A DNA stretch of 64,000 nucleotides from Mobula hypostoma (taxonomy: Eukaryota): positions 138,200,001-138,264,000 of the forward strand of contig NC_086097.1 of the NCBI RefSeq assembly GCF_963921235.1, in the 5' to 3' direction. The position numbers and the translations under genes are program-made. The stretch's first letter is position 1; each line of letters opens with the position of its first letter. Of the stretch, positions 24,110-36,869 are shown piece after piece. The notes below the pieces were generated by a model. The model had not been told where the DNA came from, made no database searches, and saw only the letters and a list, made by a program, of their open reading frames with translations.

Positions 24110-24755
24110 GAGATGGGTGTCCTGATGCACCAATCACAAACGGCAGCTACAGAAAGTCATTTAGAAACGCAGACAGAATGCAATTGTTTACTGTGAGGGG
24201 AATTGAAGACAGGGGATTGAGACAATGGTTCATTTGTAGAGGGCATTGGAGAGACCACATCTGGAACACAGTGCACAGCACCAGTCCCGATTTTCAAGGA
24301 AGGATTTTAGTACTTTGAAAGCATTTCAGTGAAGGTTTACTGGACTGAAACTGGAAATGGGTGGCTTGTTTTATGAGGAAAGGTCAGACATGCTGGGCTT
24401 GGATCGAATAGGGATTAGAAGAGTGAGAGAGAAATGGATTGAATCATCTAAAAGGGTCCTGACAGGAAGAATGTAGACAACATTTACTTGTGTGGAGAAT
24501 CCAGAAGCAGAGATCACTGTTTGAAAATAAGGGGTTGCCCCTTTACAACAGGTACTGTGCAAAGTATTTTCTATCAGAAGTCTATAGAACTCTCTTCCTC
24601 AGAGTATGGTGGAAACAGAGTTTTGAATACCAGAATGACAACAGAATAGGTAAATGTTTAATACTCAAGGATGGAATGGGATATTAAGGTTACAGTCCGA
24701 TCAGCAATTAATGGCGAGTCAGGCTTGAGGGGACAAGGAAGCCTACTCCTGTTCC
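24110..24755 (+). mobile_element. Ancient CR1 3' part
   Basis: Degenerate RPHLE-coding (gagaccacatctggaacac) and RRFT-coding segments. Tail gcctactcctgttcc. Confidence 0.7.
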
Positions 24756-25534
24756 GAATGGAAATCTTCACATGAGAAAGGAACGAGAGAGAAGTGACAT
24801 TGTACAGACAGAGATAATGTCCTTAACACTAAGGGGCCAGGTACAGTTAATTGGCTGCATCTGTCTATTAGCAGCCTGGGTCTCAGACGATGCACTGACC
24901 AGGCCAGGGGGCTTTGAGGGCTGTGAATTGTTCAGCAGCAAGCATGGTGCCTGCTTCTAATAGTAGAAATAACATTCAATGACAGGAGACAGTGATAGGA
25001 TAGATGGTGTTGCCTGGGAAAGCCAGAACTTTGGTACCCTGATCTGAGGTGGCCAATTACGTCTGCTCCTCACACTGCAACGTGTAATTGTCCAAACACC
25101 AGTCTATTCCCTGTGGGCCATTAGCCCCCACAGGCCAGTCTAAGTTTCAGGGATTCCGGCCTGCAGTGCATGGTCCCATTAACAGGACACACCACCACAC
25201 TCTGCAGATCAGGAATCTTACACCCTGACCCACACTCAGCTTCTGGTTGGACCATCACAGGGACAATCCCGTCCAACAATCGGCTGCAGCACATGACACC
25301 TCCACTCCACAGCTCATTGCCATTTTTAAGTCAAATTATTCGTGAGAATCCCCCAACGAGGACCCATGATAAACTACAAAGAGACTAATGGTGCAAAGTG
25401 ATGTCTCACTCACCAGGTCCCAGACATCACTGCCCAACTCATTGACACAGGTTCGCAGTCCAGTAACAGTCCAGCGTCAGAGTCCTCATCCTTTTGGCTG
25501 GACCCCCATCCTTGCTCCCCCCGTCTCTCCCATG

Positions 25535-26240
25535 AAAACTGAATTTTATTCACCATCTGCATTTACATGTAATAGGAAATTGCTCTGGTGTGCAGGTCAG
25601 GACACGACATACTACAAAAACAACATTTAACAATTAAAGAATACAGAATTATATAAAGATACAAAGTACGGATAGGGAATAAAATATTCACCGATACATA
25701 AATAACTTCATATATGTACTTACAATGTAAACACATGATTACAAAAGGTGGTTTAAAGTATTTACAGTGTTGTTCAGTGTTGGGCACGTGGCCAAGTGGT
25801 TGAGGGGTTTGTCTAGCGATAGTCTAGTGATCTGAAGGTCGCTAGTTCGAGCCTCAGCTGTGGCAGTGTGTTTGTGTCTTTGAGCAAGGCACTTAACCAC
25901 ACATTGTCCTGGTGTCTGCGTGAGGAGTGGCGCCCCACACAGACTTCCAATCTGCGCGTTGTGAGGCATGAAAATGCCCGACGCAGGCCTCTCATGGTCT
26001 GAGTCAACGTTCCCCCCTCAATGATGGGGTAATAGAGTGGGTCGGTAACTAGAATGGTTGGTCACATTAACTGTGGGATGAAACTTTTAAGATCGCGTTA
26101 ACTTTTAGTTTTAATAGCCCGAAAGTGCTTTCTAGAAGGGAGCTTTTGAAAAAGGCAGTTTGCCAGGTGGGTAGTATCTGCAATGAGTATTTTTCCTGCT
26201 GCTCCTTAGACCTGGATACATACAAGTCCTGTAGTAACAC
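25535..26240 (-). mobile_element. Rex1/Babar-like 3' end split by a SINE
   Basis: ttttattcaccat...taggaaattgctctggtg tail. Resumes after 26018 with gaaacttttaagatcgcg...tttctagaagggagc. Confidence 0.55.
25782..26017 (+). mobile_element. tRNA-headed SINE with CORE-like body
   Basis: A box TGGCCAAGTGG (~25789), B box AGTTCGAGCC (25844), body GTGTCTTTGAGCAAGGCACTTAACC. Diverged TSD tcagtgttggg/tcaatgatggg. Confidence 0.85.
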
Positions 26241-26584
26241 ACACTGGAAAACACAGTCAGGTTAAAGGCATGATATAAATCCAAATTACTGCCGATCCTC
26301 AACTGTAATATATAATGAAAATAATTGTTAGGAACAAACTATTCCATTGGGACTGACTCAGCTGCAGCCCTGGGCTGTGTGCTGATCCACAATCCATATG
26401 TCCGACAACCAGTGACCAAGGTATGTCATACCACGCCTCTGCAGAGCAGGATGAATCCAAGGATTGACCTAAGTTAGAGTAGTGGAGAGTGGTGGAGGAG
26501 CAGTGTTTGATATTGAGACTATATACTCAATTGAAGTAAAAAAAAACATGCAAGATACAAATATGCTACAACATCAAGAAAAGA

Positions 26585-26707
26585 AACCCAAGAGATTCTG
26601 CAGATGCTGGAAATCCAGAGTAATGCTGGAGGATCAGCAGGTCAGGCAGCGTGAATGGAAAGGTGTAAAGAGATGAAATTGTGGGTGGAGACCCTGCATC
26701 AGGACTG
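26585..26707 (-). mobile_element. Solo PLE tail with degenerate hammerhead
   Basis: Minus: cagtcctgatgcagggtctccaccc...gctgcctgacctgctgatcctccagcattactctggatttccagcatctgcagaatctcttg. Confidence 0.75.
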
Positions 26708-27129
26708 AACACCCAGATGGTGATTGCCAGCAGAAAGCTACAGGCAGCCCACAGTGAATTTATATTTCACCTCCCAACATCAAGTCCTTCCTGCCAGGAA
26801 CACCACCACCTGCAGGTTCTCCTCCAAGTCCCACCACATACTGACTGGAAACACATTGCTTTTCACTCATACTCATTCTTTTTCCTGGACCTCCCCAGCA
26901 GCACCGTGGGAGCCCCTTGATCTCACAGACGACTGTGGGTAAAGGAATAGTAACTGGGGGTGATCGGTATCTGCCGGCCCTGCCAGATCCTAGGAATCAA
27001 TGAAAATCTCTTCGATCCTGAAGCCACATGCATACATTGACTTCTTTTTTTTGGCCAGAACAGTCTGTTACCTCTTGCCCGTTTACTTCCAGGGCTCATC
27101 CAGGCCTTAGATGAGAACAACATAACGGC

Positions 27130-27450
27130 ATTTTTATAACATCGAGAGGCATAAATGGGGCAGGCAGTCAGAATCTTTTCCCTAGGGTAGCAATGTCAAA
27201 TACTAGAGAAGAGAGGGGGAAGGTTTAAAGGAGACATGCAGAACTAGTTTTTTTTAAATACAGGCAGTGGTGGGTGCCTGGTGGGACAATGGACACATGT
27301 ATGACGTGGCATTAAAGACAGGCACACAAATGTGCAGGGAATGGAGGGATATAAATCATGTACAGACAGAAAAGATTCACTTTAATTCAGCATCAATATA
27401 ATGGGCTGAAGGGCCTGTTCGTGTGCTGTACTGTTCTGTGTTCTAATGTC
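27130..27450 (+). mobile_element. Old CR1 3' end
   Basis: gaatcttttccctagggtagcaatgtcaaatactagag...gggctgaagggcctgttcgtgtgctgtactgttct. Confidence 0.8.
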
Positions 27451-27534
27451 CTTTGGATCGCAGTCTTTGGCAGGCTCCTCAGAATTGTCCTCATGGGAAA
27501 TCAAACAGAGTTCATAAGAAGTCCCAAGCAAGGA

Positions 27535-28260
27535 GACTGAGGGGGTGAACTTATAGAGGCGTATAAAATCATGAGGGGCAACAATAGGCTGAATGCACAC
27601 AGTGTTTTCCCCAGGGAAAAACTAGAATTGAATTGACTTTATTTCATATATCCTTCACATACATGAGGAGTAAAAATCTTACGTCTCCATCTAAGTAGAA
27701 CAGTCAATGTAATACAGAGTACACTCAAGTCAGTGTGAGTTCATCAGTCTGATGGCCTGGTGGAAGAAGCTGTCCCGGAGCCTGTGTGTCCTGGCTTTTA
27801 TTCTGCGGTCCCGCTTCCCAGATGGTAGGAGCTGGAATAGATTGTGGTTGGGGTGATTTGGGCCCCCAATAATCCTACGGGCCCTTTTTACACACCTGTC
27901 CTTGTAAATGCCCTGAATCATGGGAAGTTCACAGCTACAGATGCGCTGGCTGTCTGCGCTACTCTCTGCAGAGTGCTGCGATTAAGAGAGGTACAGCTCC
28001 CATAGCAGGCAGTGATGCTCTCAGTTGTGGTCTCAACGGTGAGAGATGAGTTCAACTTGTTCACTCAGAGGGTGGTGGGTATATGGAATCAGCTGCCAAA
28101 GCCAGTGATAGAGGCAGGCACAAGGACAGTACTTAGAAGATGTTTGGATAGGTACATGGTCAGCAAATATTTCTAGGGATATAGGCAAACGGGACAAGCC
28201 TAGATGGGCAGGTTGGTTGTCATGGAAGGACCTGTTTCAAGTGCTATATTACCCTTTGAC
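27535..28260 (+). mobile_element. CR1 3' end hosting an inverted Rex1-like insertion
   Basis: ggagactgagggggtgaacttatagaggcgtataaaatcatgagggg before 27625. Resumes at ~28030 with ttcactcagagggtggtgggtatatggaa. Confidence 0.75.
27626..28030 (-). mobile_element. Rex1/Babar-like 3' end (same family as 43143-45050)
   Basis: ORF 27730-27921 IQGIYKDRCVKRARRII...LFQLLPSGKR...DSFFHQAIRLMN. Tail gaattgaattgacttttatttc is shared with 43143. Confidence 0.9.
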
Positions 28261-29164
28261 CCCATGAAACCTCTGTTCACAAAGCTGAATGCTGAGGTAC
28301 AGAGTAAATGAGAAACTCTGCCATGTGTGACTGTGAAAGAATCTCAGTCTCTGATTCATAAATGTGAAGTAGCTATCCCAGCTGTGTACTCAATGGAGCC
28401 AACCAAGGTTAAATTCTAAATGCTGTTCCCCATCTACATCAGCTTAACAAAGGAGGCTTGGCCACAAAATGCTTCATGATGCATCCATCAACCTCTGCCT
28501 ATACGATGAGACAGAGGGAAAGTACTCCAGAGAGGGGCTACCCAAGGCTGACAGGCAAAAACCAGCTTCACCTGGTTCTGTTTCCTGACAGATGTGCCAT
28601 TCCTGCTGCCAGGTTATTTCCAAGTTTCTTGGCTCAAGATTTAAAAAGATGCACAGCAAATAAAAGGATGGAATTTTTTTTAAGAAAAGGCAGACAACAA
28701 TCTGAGAAATCAGGAACCATTTGACTGGTTATGACTTGCAGGCAAACACTTGGACAATCTAAATGCATTAGAATACCACTAGACAATGAATCCAAAATAT
28801 TGTGGTGCTTTCAGCTGCTTTCAATCCAATGCACAGCTAGAGGTGACGACCAAATATTTCACTGTAATCCTGCTATGTGGGAAATCTGCTCCTGAAAAGA
28901 TCTGGTTTTAGACAAATTTACTCAATGGATTTAAGCAATAGGCTTATGTTGATTCCCTAGGAAGTACAGGTCAGGGTTGAAGTGGACATTAGCTCAGGAA
29001 CAGGTCACTGTCCCTCAGTTAGTGGCTCAAAAAGACAACACTCCATGGCTGCTCATCTGTGGAAGCAACCAGGCACAACGTACAGCATGAAATCAGCCAT
29101 TTCTGCTCCTCGAAGACCAGAGACCAGCTTTCTATTTGTCAAAACATGGAGTGCAATGCACCCT

Positions 29165-29365
29165 TTACATCAAATCAAATCAGAGAGGATTGTGCTGGGC
29201 AGACCGCAAGTATAGTTATGCTTTCAGGCCAACTTATCAAGTCCAGAGCTCCTTAGCCCTAACCGTATGTCTTTGGAGTGTCAGAGGAAAGCAGAGTAGC
29301 TGAAGGAAACCCACACGGTCATTGGAAGAACATGCAGATTCCTTACAGACAGCGACAGGAAATGA
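29165..29365 (-). mobile_element. V-SINE-like remnant
   Basis: gtatgtctttggagtg...ggaaacccacacggtcattggaagaacatgcagattccttacagacag is the reverse complement of the V-domain. Confidence 0.75.
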
Positions 29366-30099
29366 ATGCCAATGTTACAATGCCCTTGGGATTCCTGCTC
29401 TACAGAAGCTCCCTCCGATTCCTCTTTACCCTCGCCACCAGTATGTCATACAATTCCTATTCCCTTCTCTTTCTCCTCCCTGAGTTCGATGTCTTTAGTA
29501 TCAATTTTCCCCGAATTCCATCCTGGAGTATCTACGGACTCTGCTTCCTGTCTCAGTATTCTGAAGCCACTGATGACCATTCACCCTGGACAAGGTATCC
29601 TTCTGCCTATGGAGAAGCATGTCACATCACTTTCCTGTCCTGATCGGTGCAATCCCTGAGTTTCACAAAGGAATAGTGCTGATTCAGTCTATTTGGCAGC
29701 ATTTCCTCACACGTTTTTCCTGGGAATGCTGCTTATCCGATGCTATGTGCTGTGAATGCTATTTATCCAATGCTATGTGCCTGGGGATGCTGCTGCAAGT
29801 GAGCTCTGAGCATATCACAACAAACATGACTTTGACATAACCAGCAACAGCAAAGGGGAGTGTGCCCGACACTGCCCTTCTCACTGGGCCCGTGCACTCA
29901 TTGTGATAAAACCTTCCCACAAGGACAACTGTGGTCCCACTCCTCTGAATGGAGAGGAACAGCTGCGCAGGATACAGCAAATTTTGTTTAATTTACATTT
30001 ATATGAATTGCTTTGGCATATTTAAATATATTCAATTAATGTTGTGCCTTGTCTGTTGATATTTTCTAATGACTAACTTAATATGTCTTTAGATGTAGA

Positions 30100-30770
30100 C
30101 ATGATGGAGGAGAAGATGGCGACGCGACGACAGCGCGCGTAGCCACTTCGGTGATGATATCTGTTATCTGTGAAGTAGGGGACCGTGCACAATCCTGATT
30201 TGATGGAGACGGACGTGAGAGTACGAAGGAACATCTGGAAAACTTCTGAAATGCCCGCTTCGCTGCCGCTGCTACTGTGTGGTAACCGGAATCTCCGGAG
30301 CAGAAGGCCCCGATATCCTCGGCTTTGCGTGTTTCAGTGGCCGGGCCGAGGTCGAAGGCGCTCAGCAGAGGATGGTGCTTGGGAGGCTGTATGGGAGAGG
30401 CTGGTCGGAAGCTCGAAGTTTTCGGACGGATGGACTCGGTGTTGGCTGTGGTCGGCTGCTTCCAAGGTATCGGCAAGTTGACGGTGCCTGGAGGTTTGTG
30501 GCAGGGAGTTTCTCCCTTTTGCCACCGCTATCGGGGACTTGGGAGTCGATTGACTCGGGGACTTAGAGACTTAATTTACCGTGCCCATGGCTTGTTCTTC
30601 ATCAAATTATGGTATTGCTTTGCACTGCTGTAACTGTATGTTATAATTATGTGGTTCTGCCAGTGTTAGTCTTTGGTTTGTCACTCTGGAGAAACATTGT
30701 ATCATTTTTTAATGCATGTATGCATTTCTAAATGACAATAAAAGAGGACTGAGTGTTCTCATAATCTAAT
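30100..30770 (+). mobile_element. ~670-bp CpG-rich non-coding retroposon with LINE-type tail
   Basis: Starts ggaggagaagatggcg (YY1-type AAGATGGCG at 30113-30121). GC-rich 5' two-thirds, T-rich 3' part, AATAAA at ~30737, ataatctaat end. Sharp composition boundaries. Confidence 0.7.
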
Positions 30771-30954
30771 AGCTCTGGAATAAAATATTACAGTAATAGA
30801 TATCGATATACTGCACTGTTCTGACAACCAGCTAAGCTGGAGATTGGTTTGGTGGCTGTGAAAGTACTTTCAGCAGTTCTGCAAGTTGGGTTTCTTGTGG
30901 ATAACACACTCTCACTGGCATCTCACCAGAAAGCATGGTGGCATTGACAGCCCA

Positions 30955-31290
30955 GTAGCTGTGCTGTAGGTAGTGATTCTATCTCTCAGCTTCAGAGATC
31001 TGGGTTAAATCCTGGCCTCCGCTGCTGTCTGTTTGAAGTTTGCATATTCTTCCTATAACAATGTAGGTATCTCCAGGTACTCCGGTTTGCCCCATCCCAC
31101 ATTCCAAAGATGTAGGGGTTATGGGGGGTTAATAGGCTGCCAGTGTGTGGGTGCTTGGTGTGAAAAGCAGGAAGATTGGATGGAAATATGAGAATACGTT
31201 AGCCACTGGGAAATAAATCGGGAAATGGGACTGATGGGCTTGCTCTGAGAATTAGGGTTGACTGGCCTCTTTCTGTCATGTAAATACAAA
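30955..31290 (+). mobile_element. Old V-SINE-like element
   Basis: ctgggttaaatcctggcctccgctgctgtctgtttgaagtttgcatattcttcc...ctccggtttgcccc...cattccaaagatgt. Confidence 0.8.
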
Positions 31291-34200
31291 TATTCGAAAT
31301 TTGCTTCAATCGATCAGCTAGCTATGAAATCCAAATCCCTCTCTCAGTTCTACACTACTCTTGTCAATTACTTTGTAACTTCCTCAGTGACCAGGGGTAT
31401 AAGGTCTCCAGAGTTGCTCTGCGGAAGCCTGAGTACAAAGGCCCCGACTGCCTACCCACTACATGCTGACTGAGGTGCTGACTTCAGGTTATACTACTCT
31501 GAAGGCATACTTTCCTAAATACGGGGAAAGATTGCACAAGAGGGAAAAGAAAGACCTATCCTAGTCAATATTATTCATTAAGTCATAAAACTATACAGCG
31601 TGGAAATGGGTCCTTCGGCCCATTTTGTCCATGCCAACCCAGTTGTCATTGTCCCATTTGCCCTATATCCTACTATTCACTTTCAACCAATATCAGTAAA
31701 ACAGACAATACGGTGTGAGATCCTACTGTGTGAAAATTGACTCCACGTCCTACACTGCAATAGCATTGGTCTTTCTAAAGTACTACATTAGCTTCCAGAT
31801 GTTTTTGTTCATCCAGTAGGGTAAAAGTTGCTATGTAGATTGATGCAAAAACAATAAAATGCTGGAAACACTCAACTGGTCAGGCAGCACCTGTGGAGAG
31901 AAAAACAGAGCTATCGTTTCAGGCCAAAGATGGTTCAGCAGAACAGGAAACATTAGAAAGCCAGCACTGGCAGCAAAATGGCAACCAAGAACTGTGGATA
32001 CACGTGCTGGAGTACACATCTGGAAGATAATATGTTAGGAGATGGAAATAAAAGGAGAGAAGTGAAGATGGAGAGAGAAGAGCAATACTGGTACCCTGAT
32101 GTAGAGAACATTACAGTCAGTGGAAACCTCAAATAAAGGAGAACTGTGGAAATGTTCAGCAGGTCAAGAAGAATTTGCCGAGAGCTTCTTAGCTTTTCAT
32201 CCCTTCTTCAATGTGAGGCTGTGAGACCCTCTCTTACTACTCACCCTCTGTGGTTTCTATTGCTCTTCAATCTTCTGTTTATATTGGCCACCTCCCCTTT
32301 CCATACGACCCGAAATGTTGACGACTCCTTACCCACAACGGAAGCTGCTTGAGCAGCAGAGTTTCTCTAGCAGACTGCTTCCTGTCCTCAACTGGTGTTT
32401 GTCCAGTAGTCCCTTGTCCTCCGCCATCCTGCGTTCTCATCATCCTGCCGCACCACTGCAGTTCAAAACGTTTACTTTTTAAGTCTTCCCCAGTCCCACC
32501 TGAAATGTTCCTCTCTCCACAGATGCTGCCTGACCTGCTAAGTGCTTCCAGAATTTTCTGCTTTTATGTCAGATTGCCAATATCTGCATTTTTTGTAAAA
32601 TTTGAATTTTTACCAATCAAGACTTCCTCTTCAAATACATCTAGTGGCAGCTGAATGCCCTGGATTCTCTTTTAAGGTGTCAAAAACTGCATATGCCAGG
32701 ACAAGAATCGCATGTTTCTGGTGCAGAACTAGAGGCCATTTGGCCCGTCAGGACTGTGGTAACATCTAACAGAAAACCTTCAGTCGGAATCCCCTACTCT
32801 TTCCTCAGCTAATCCTTTAAATGACAAACTGGATCAGAATTGAGCACGTATTCAGACAGCACATGCCAAGTCACAGCCTCTTGCTAAATAAAGCTTTTCT
32901 CCACTGACCCTGGACTCCTTTCAACCCACCTCCACTGGTCACTGAGCCATGCAGTACTGAAAAAGGCTCCTCAGCTGAGCCAGTCTACACTGGTCACTGA
33001 ACACCCAGTTACACAGCTCCTACTCTATTCCTCATGATTCTGCCACTCACTAATTTACAGCGGCTGTTTAAACTAACAACCTGTCATCTTTGGGATGTGG
33101 GTAGAAACCCCTGAAGTCACAAGGAGAACATGCAAACTTCATGTTGACAGCAGTGAAGGTCAGGATTGAACCCACATCACTGAAGCTATGAGGCCAGTCC
33201 TGTTTCTCTCTGCAGTCTGGAATAGTTTCTCTCTACTTACCCCATCCAAACCCATCAGCATTGTTCACACCTTGATCAAACATTCTCCTCATCTTCCCTG
33301 CTTCAAGGTAATTAAAGTAAAAGATACAGACCTGGGGCATAGGGCATGGTCCTAAATGAGGCACTCCCTGGTTATTAACCAGATATCTGCATGGAGGACA
33401 TCAGCAAGTACTTGGGATTCAACAATATCATAGACAGCAAAAAAAAAAATCAACTGCTAGAGGAACTCTAGGTCAGGCAGCACCTGTGGGATCTGTTGTG
33501 TGGGGGAGTAGGGAGCGCAGGGCGGCAGCAGCAGGGAAGAATGATCAACATTTTGGGTCAATACCCTACATCAGAGTTTCAGCAAAGCATGTTCTCTTTC
33601 GCAAGGGCTTGTCCAGCTAACCGGTCGCAATGTGGAACCAAAGGATTCCACCTCCAAGAGCTCCTCATCTCTGGCTGTCAGCAGTCTGTGTCATTGATTA
33701 CAGATACCAGAGATCAGGCGAGCTGGCACTACCATATCATGAAGCTCACACCTGACATGCCACTTTGACACCAGGACATTGGTAAGGGTCCTCCTGAACT
33801 TTACAACATTCCAGATAACATGAGCAATACTTATGGTTCATCATTTTCAAAAGAGTTGATGTCAGCAAGCCCTCTAATTACAATCACTGAATGGAACTTC
33901 TACAATTTCAGAAAAAAAATCCTTTCTAGTTGGAGTTTAAAATGTCTGAAACTTATTAAAACAAAATGAAAGGAATACACAACAGAAGATAGAGGGCAGA
34001 CCATCAATTAACACAATGCAAGTATGATGCAGCTGCTTATTTTGTTTTAATTAGTTCAATGTTAACTCCTTAATCAAGCTCTGCTTTCCATGATTTTGAA
34101 CTATTACCTTGTAATAAGCCTTTACAAGTTAGAAATCATTAAATTACTGGGTTTCAGCTCTTCAGTCACAATCAATTTTAAGTATGGAAATGATTTTGGC

Positions 34201-35419
34201 ATCGGTCACTGTGATGTAGGAAACAAACATATCAATGTCCTTGGTGAACATGAGATTCAACCTGCATTCATCCTGTTTTTGTGCCTTGTTCTCGAGAATG
34301 CATGTTGTCTATATGAAGAACTTTCAGAAGAATAGGGTTGTGATTTTACATCTAATATTTATAGTGACTTCAATATTGTAAAACCTCGGACTGTCCTTCA
34401 GCAGAGAGACAGTGGCCTGAAGCAGACATTGTGATAAACATGGATTTGATACTGAGCCCGGTGAAAGCAATGAATGGTATCACGTGTTCAGAAAGGGGGG
34501 ATTGGGGGCTGGAATTACAAGGTACTGGGTCTTCTTAGCTGACAGCATGGTTGTTACTTGATGGGGTTTAGAAGAAGCTAGATTTGGAGGAGCATAGATC
34601 CCAGAGTGTTGTAGGGCTGGAACAGTTCACAGAGATAGGGACAGCTAAGATCAGAAGAAGCTTTCTACCACTAGGTTATGAAGTGAACTATAATAACAAG
34701 TCATCACAGGGACTACCAGGTGCCAGTACCTGAATCATGTACAAGGCCAGTCCTGCTCTTCTGGAGCCACATTCTTCCTACAGATTTCACAGGACCACTA
34801 TTGACAGCCAGTTCAACATGTACAGTTCAACTTCCATCTCTCTTCACAGCAGTGCCTGTGATTTGCTACACTTCATGTTCAGCATCCAGTTGTGGATGAG
34901 CAGAAACCCATGTCCAGTACATTCAAAGAACAACTATAACGCACTGGCCAGTGGCCACTCTCGGTTAAAATGAGATAACCTGAACCTCGGCTGCCTGTAT
35001 ACCAATTCACACAAGTTCTGATCAAAGATACATTGTCCTCATTGCTTCCAGTTCAGCTCCTCAAATACTCAGCTGTGCGAAGACCCACTTTGGTCTGCCA
35101 CTTCACTGTATCCATTTCCTTTGGCAACCTAAACTCAGGAGATACCTGAAAGCCTCCTGTTACAATGTTCCTTTACATTCCTATTTCCTGTTGCGGGCCT
35201 GAGTCCTTTAGCTACCTGGCCTTATTCGCCCTCCCTCTCTCAACCACTGCTTCCTTCCTTTGATGATATGTTCATAGTACAACTTTGCATCACCCACTCT
35301 ACGTGCTTCTTTGATATTCTGATGACACTCCTGTGATGTGCCAGGGTCATTTAACCACATTATCAGTGCTTAACAAATGCTGCTGTTCTTTCATTTGTGA
35401 TTTATTTCCTGTGCACGTA

Positions 35420-36117
35420 CATTGAAAGTGGGCATGCAGGTACAGCAGGCGGTGAAAAAGGCGAATGGTATGCTGGCATTTATAGCAAGAGGATTCAAGT
35501 ACAGGAGCAGGGAGGTACTACTGCAGTTGTACAAGGCCTTGGTGAGACCACACCTGGAGTATTGTGTGCAGTTTTGGTCCCCTAATCTGAGAAAGGAGAT
35601 CCTTGCCATAGAGGGAGTACAAAGAAGGTTCACCAGATTGATTCCTGGGATGGCAGGACTTACATATGATGAAAGACTGGATCGACTAGGCTTATACTCG
35701 TTGGAATTTAGAAGATTGAGGGGGGATCTGATTGAAACGTATAAAATCCTAAAGGGATTGGACAGGCTAGATGCAGGAAGATTGTTCCCAATGTTGGGGA
35801 AGTCCAGAACAAGGGGTCACAGTTTGAGGATAGAGGGGAAGCCTTTTAGGACCGAGATTAGGAAAAACTTCTTCACACAGAGAGTGTGAATCTGTGGAAT
35901 TCTCTGCCACAGGAAACAGTTGAGGCCAGTTCACTGGCTATATTTAAGAGGGAGTTAGATATGGCCCTTGTGGCTAAAGGGATCAGGGGGTATGGAGGGA
36001 AGGCTGGTACAGGGTTCTGAGTTGGATGATCAGCCATGATCATACTGAATGGCGGTGCAGGCTTGAAGGGCCGAATGGCCTACTCCTGCACCTATTTTCT
36101 ATGTTTCTGTGTTTCTA
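35420..36117 (+). mobile_element. Young 5'-truncated CR1 (second family), RT C-terminus and tail
   Basis: ORF 35422-35889 KKANGMLAFI...LYKALVRPHLEYCVQFWSP...RTRGHSL...FFTQRV. Tail ttctatgtttctgtgtttctat. Confidence 0.96.
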
Positions 36118-36169
36118 TTGGCGATTGAAACCTGTTTGCCTGGAGATACTATCCAGTGAGGACCGTGAC

Positions 36170-36410
36170 AGCTGAGAATCAGAAGATGGTGGGTTCACTT
36201 CCCAATTCAGCATGAATGAATGTCTGAGCTGGCTTTCCAGTGCAGCACTGACAGACTGCGAGACATGACATCTTTCACCTTGGGTATTTCCTGTTCCCTC
36301 GGCTGCGTAAATAAGTTCACATACTATTCTAAAGAGGAGGCACGGCATTCTGCCCAGAGTCCGACAACCATACTTTCCTTCAATATAATCGATTAGTTGC
36401 TCATTGTCAC
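36170..36410 (+). mobile_element. Ancient DeuSINE-like (SacSINE1-type) remnant
   Basis: gaatcagaagatggtgggttcac...ccagtgcagcactga...actattctaaagaggaggcacggcattctgccc resembles the Deu-domain SINE body. Confidence 0.6.
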
Positions 36411-36424
36411 GTTTTTTATCTTGG

Positions 36425-36765
36425 CACCATGGCACAGCTGGTAGAGCAGCTGCTTCACAGTGCCAGTGACCCAGGTTCAAATCTGACCCCCAGTACGGAC
36501 TGCAAGTGTGGAGTTTGCACGACCCTGCGGGCTCCCCCAGGTGCTCTGGGGTCCTCCTGCATCCCGAATGGATGCAGGTTGTATGTTAATTAGCCACTGC
36601 AGTTCTCCCCTGGCGTATGCTGAGTGAAGTCTGGGGAAGGGTGGGGGAAATTGATGACAATGCAGGAGAATTTAAAAAATAAATGAATGTATGATTACTA
36701 GGTTGGCATGGATTCAGTCGTGTGGAGGCCTGTCACCTGCTGACTGTCTCTGGGACTCTTATTTC
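36425..36765 (+). mobile_element. V-SINE-like element
   Basis: tggcacagctggtagagc (A-box-like), ggttcaaatc (B box), gtgtggagtttgcacg V-domain. Confidence 0.8.
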
Positions 36766-36869
36766 CTGCCAGTGGGAGCTTGCTGGGCTGGTAGTACCGA
36801 CAAGAAGTGCTCCCTCAAGAAGCTAACATGCATTATCAACGATTCCCAACCATCTGGACCACACCGTAT

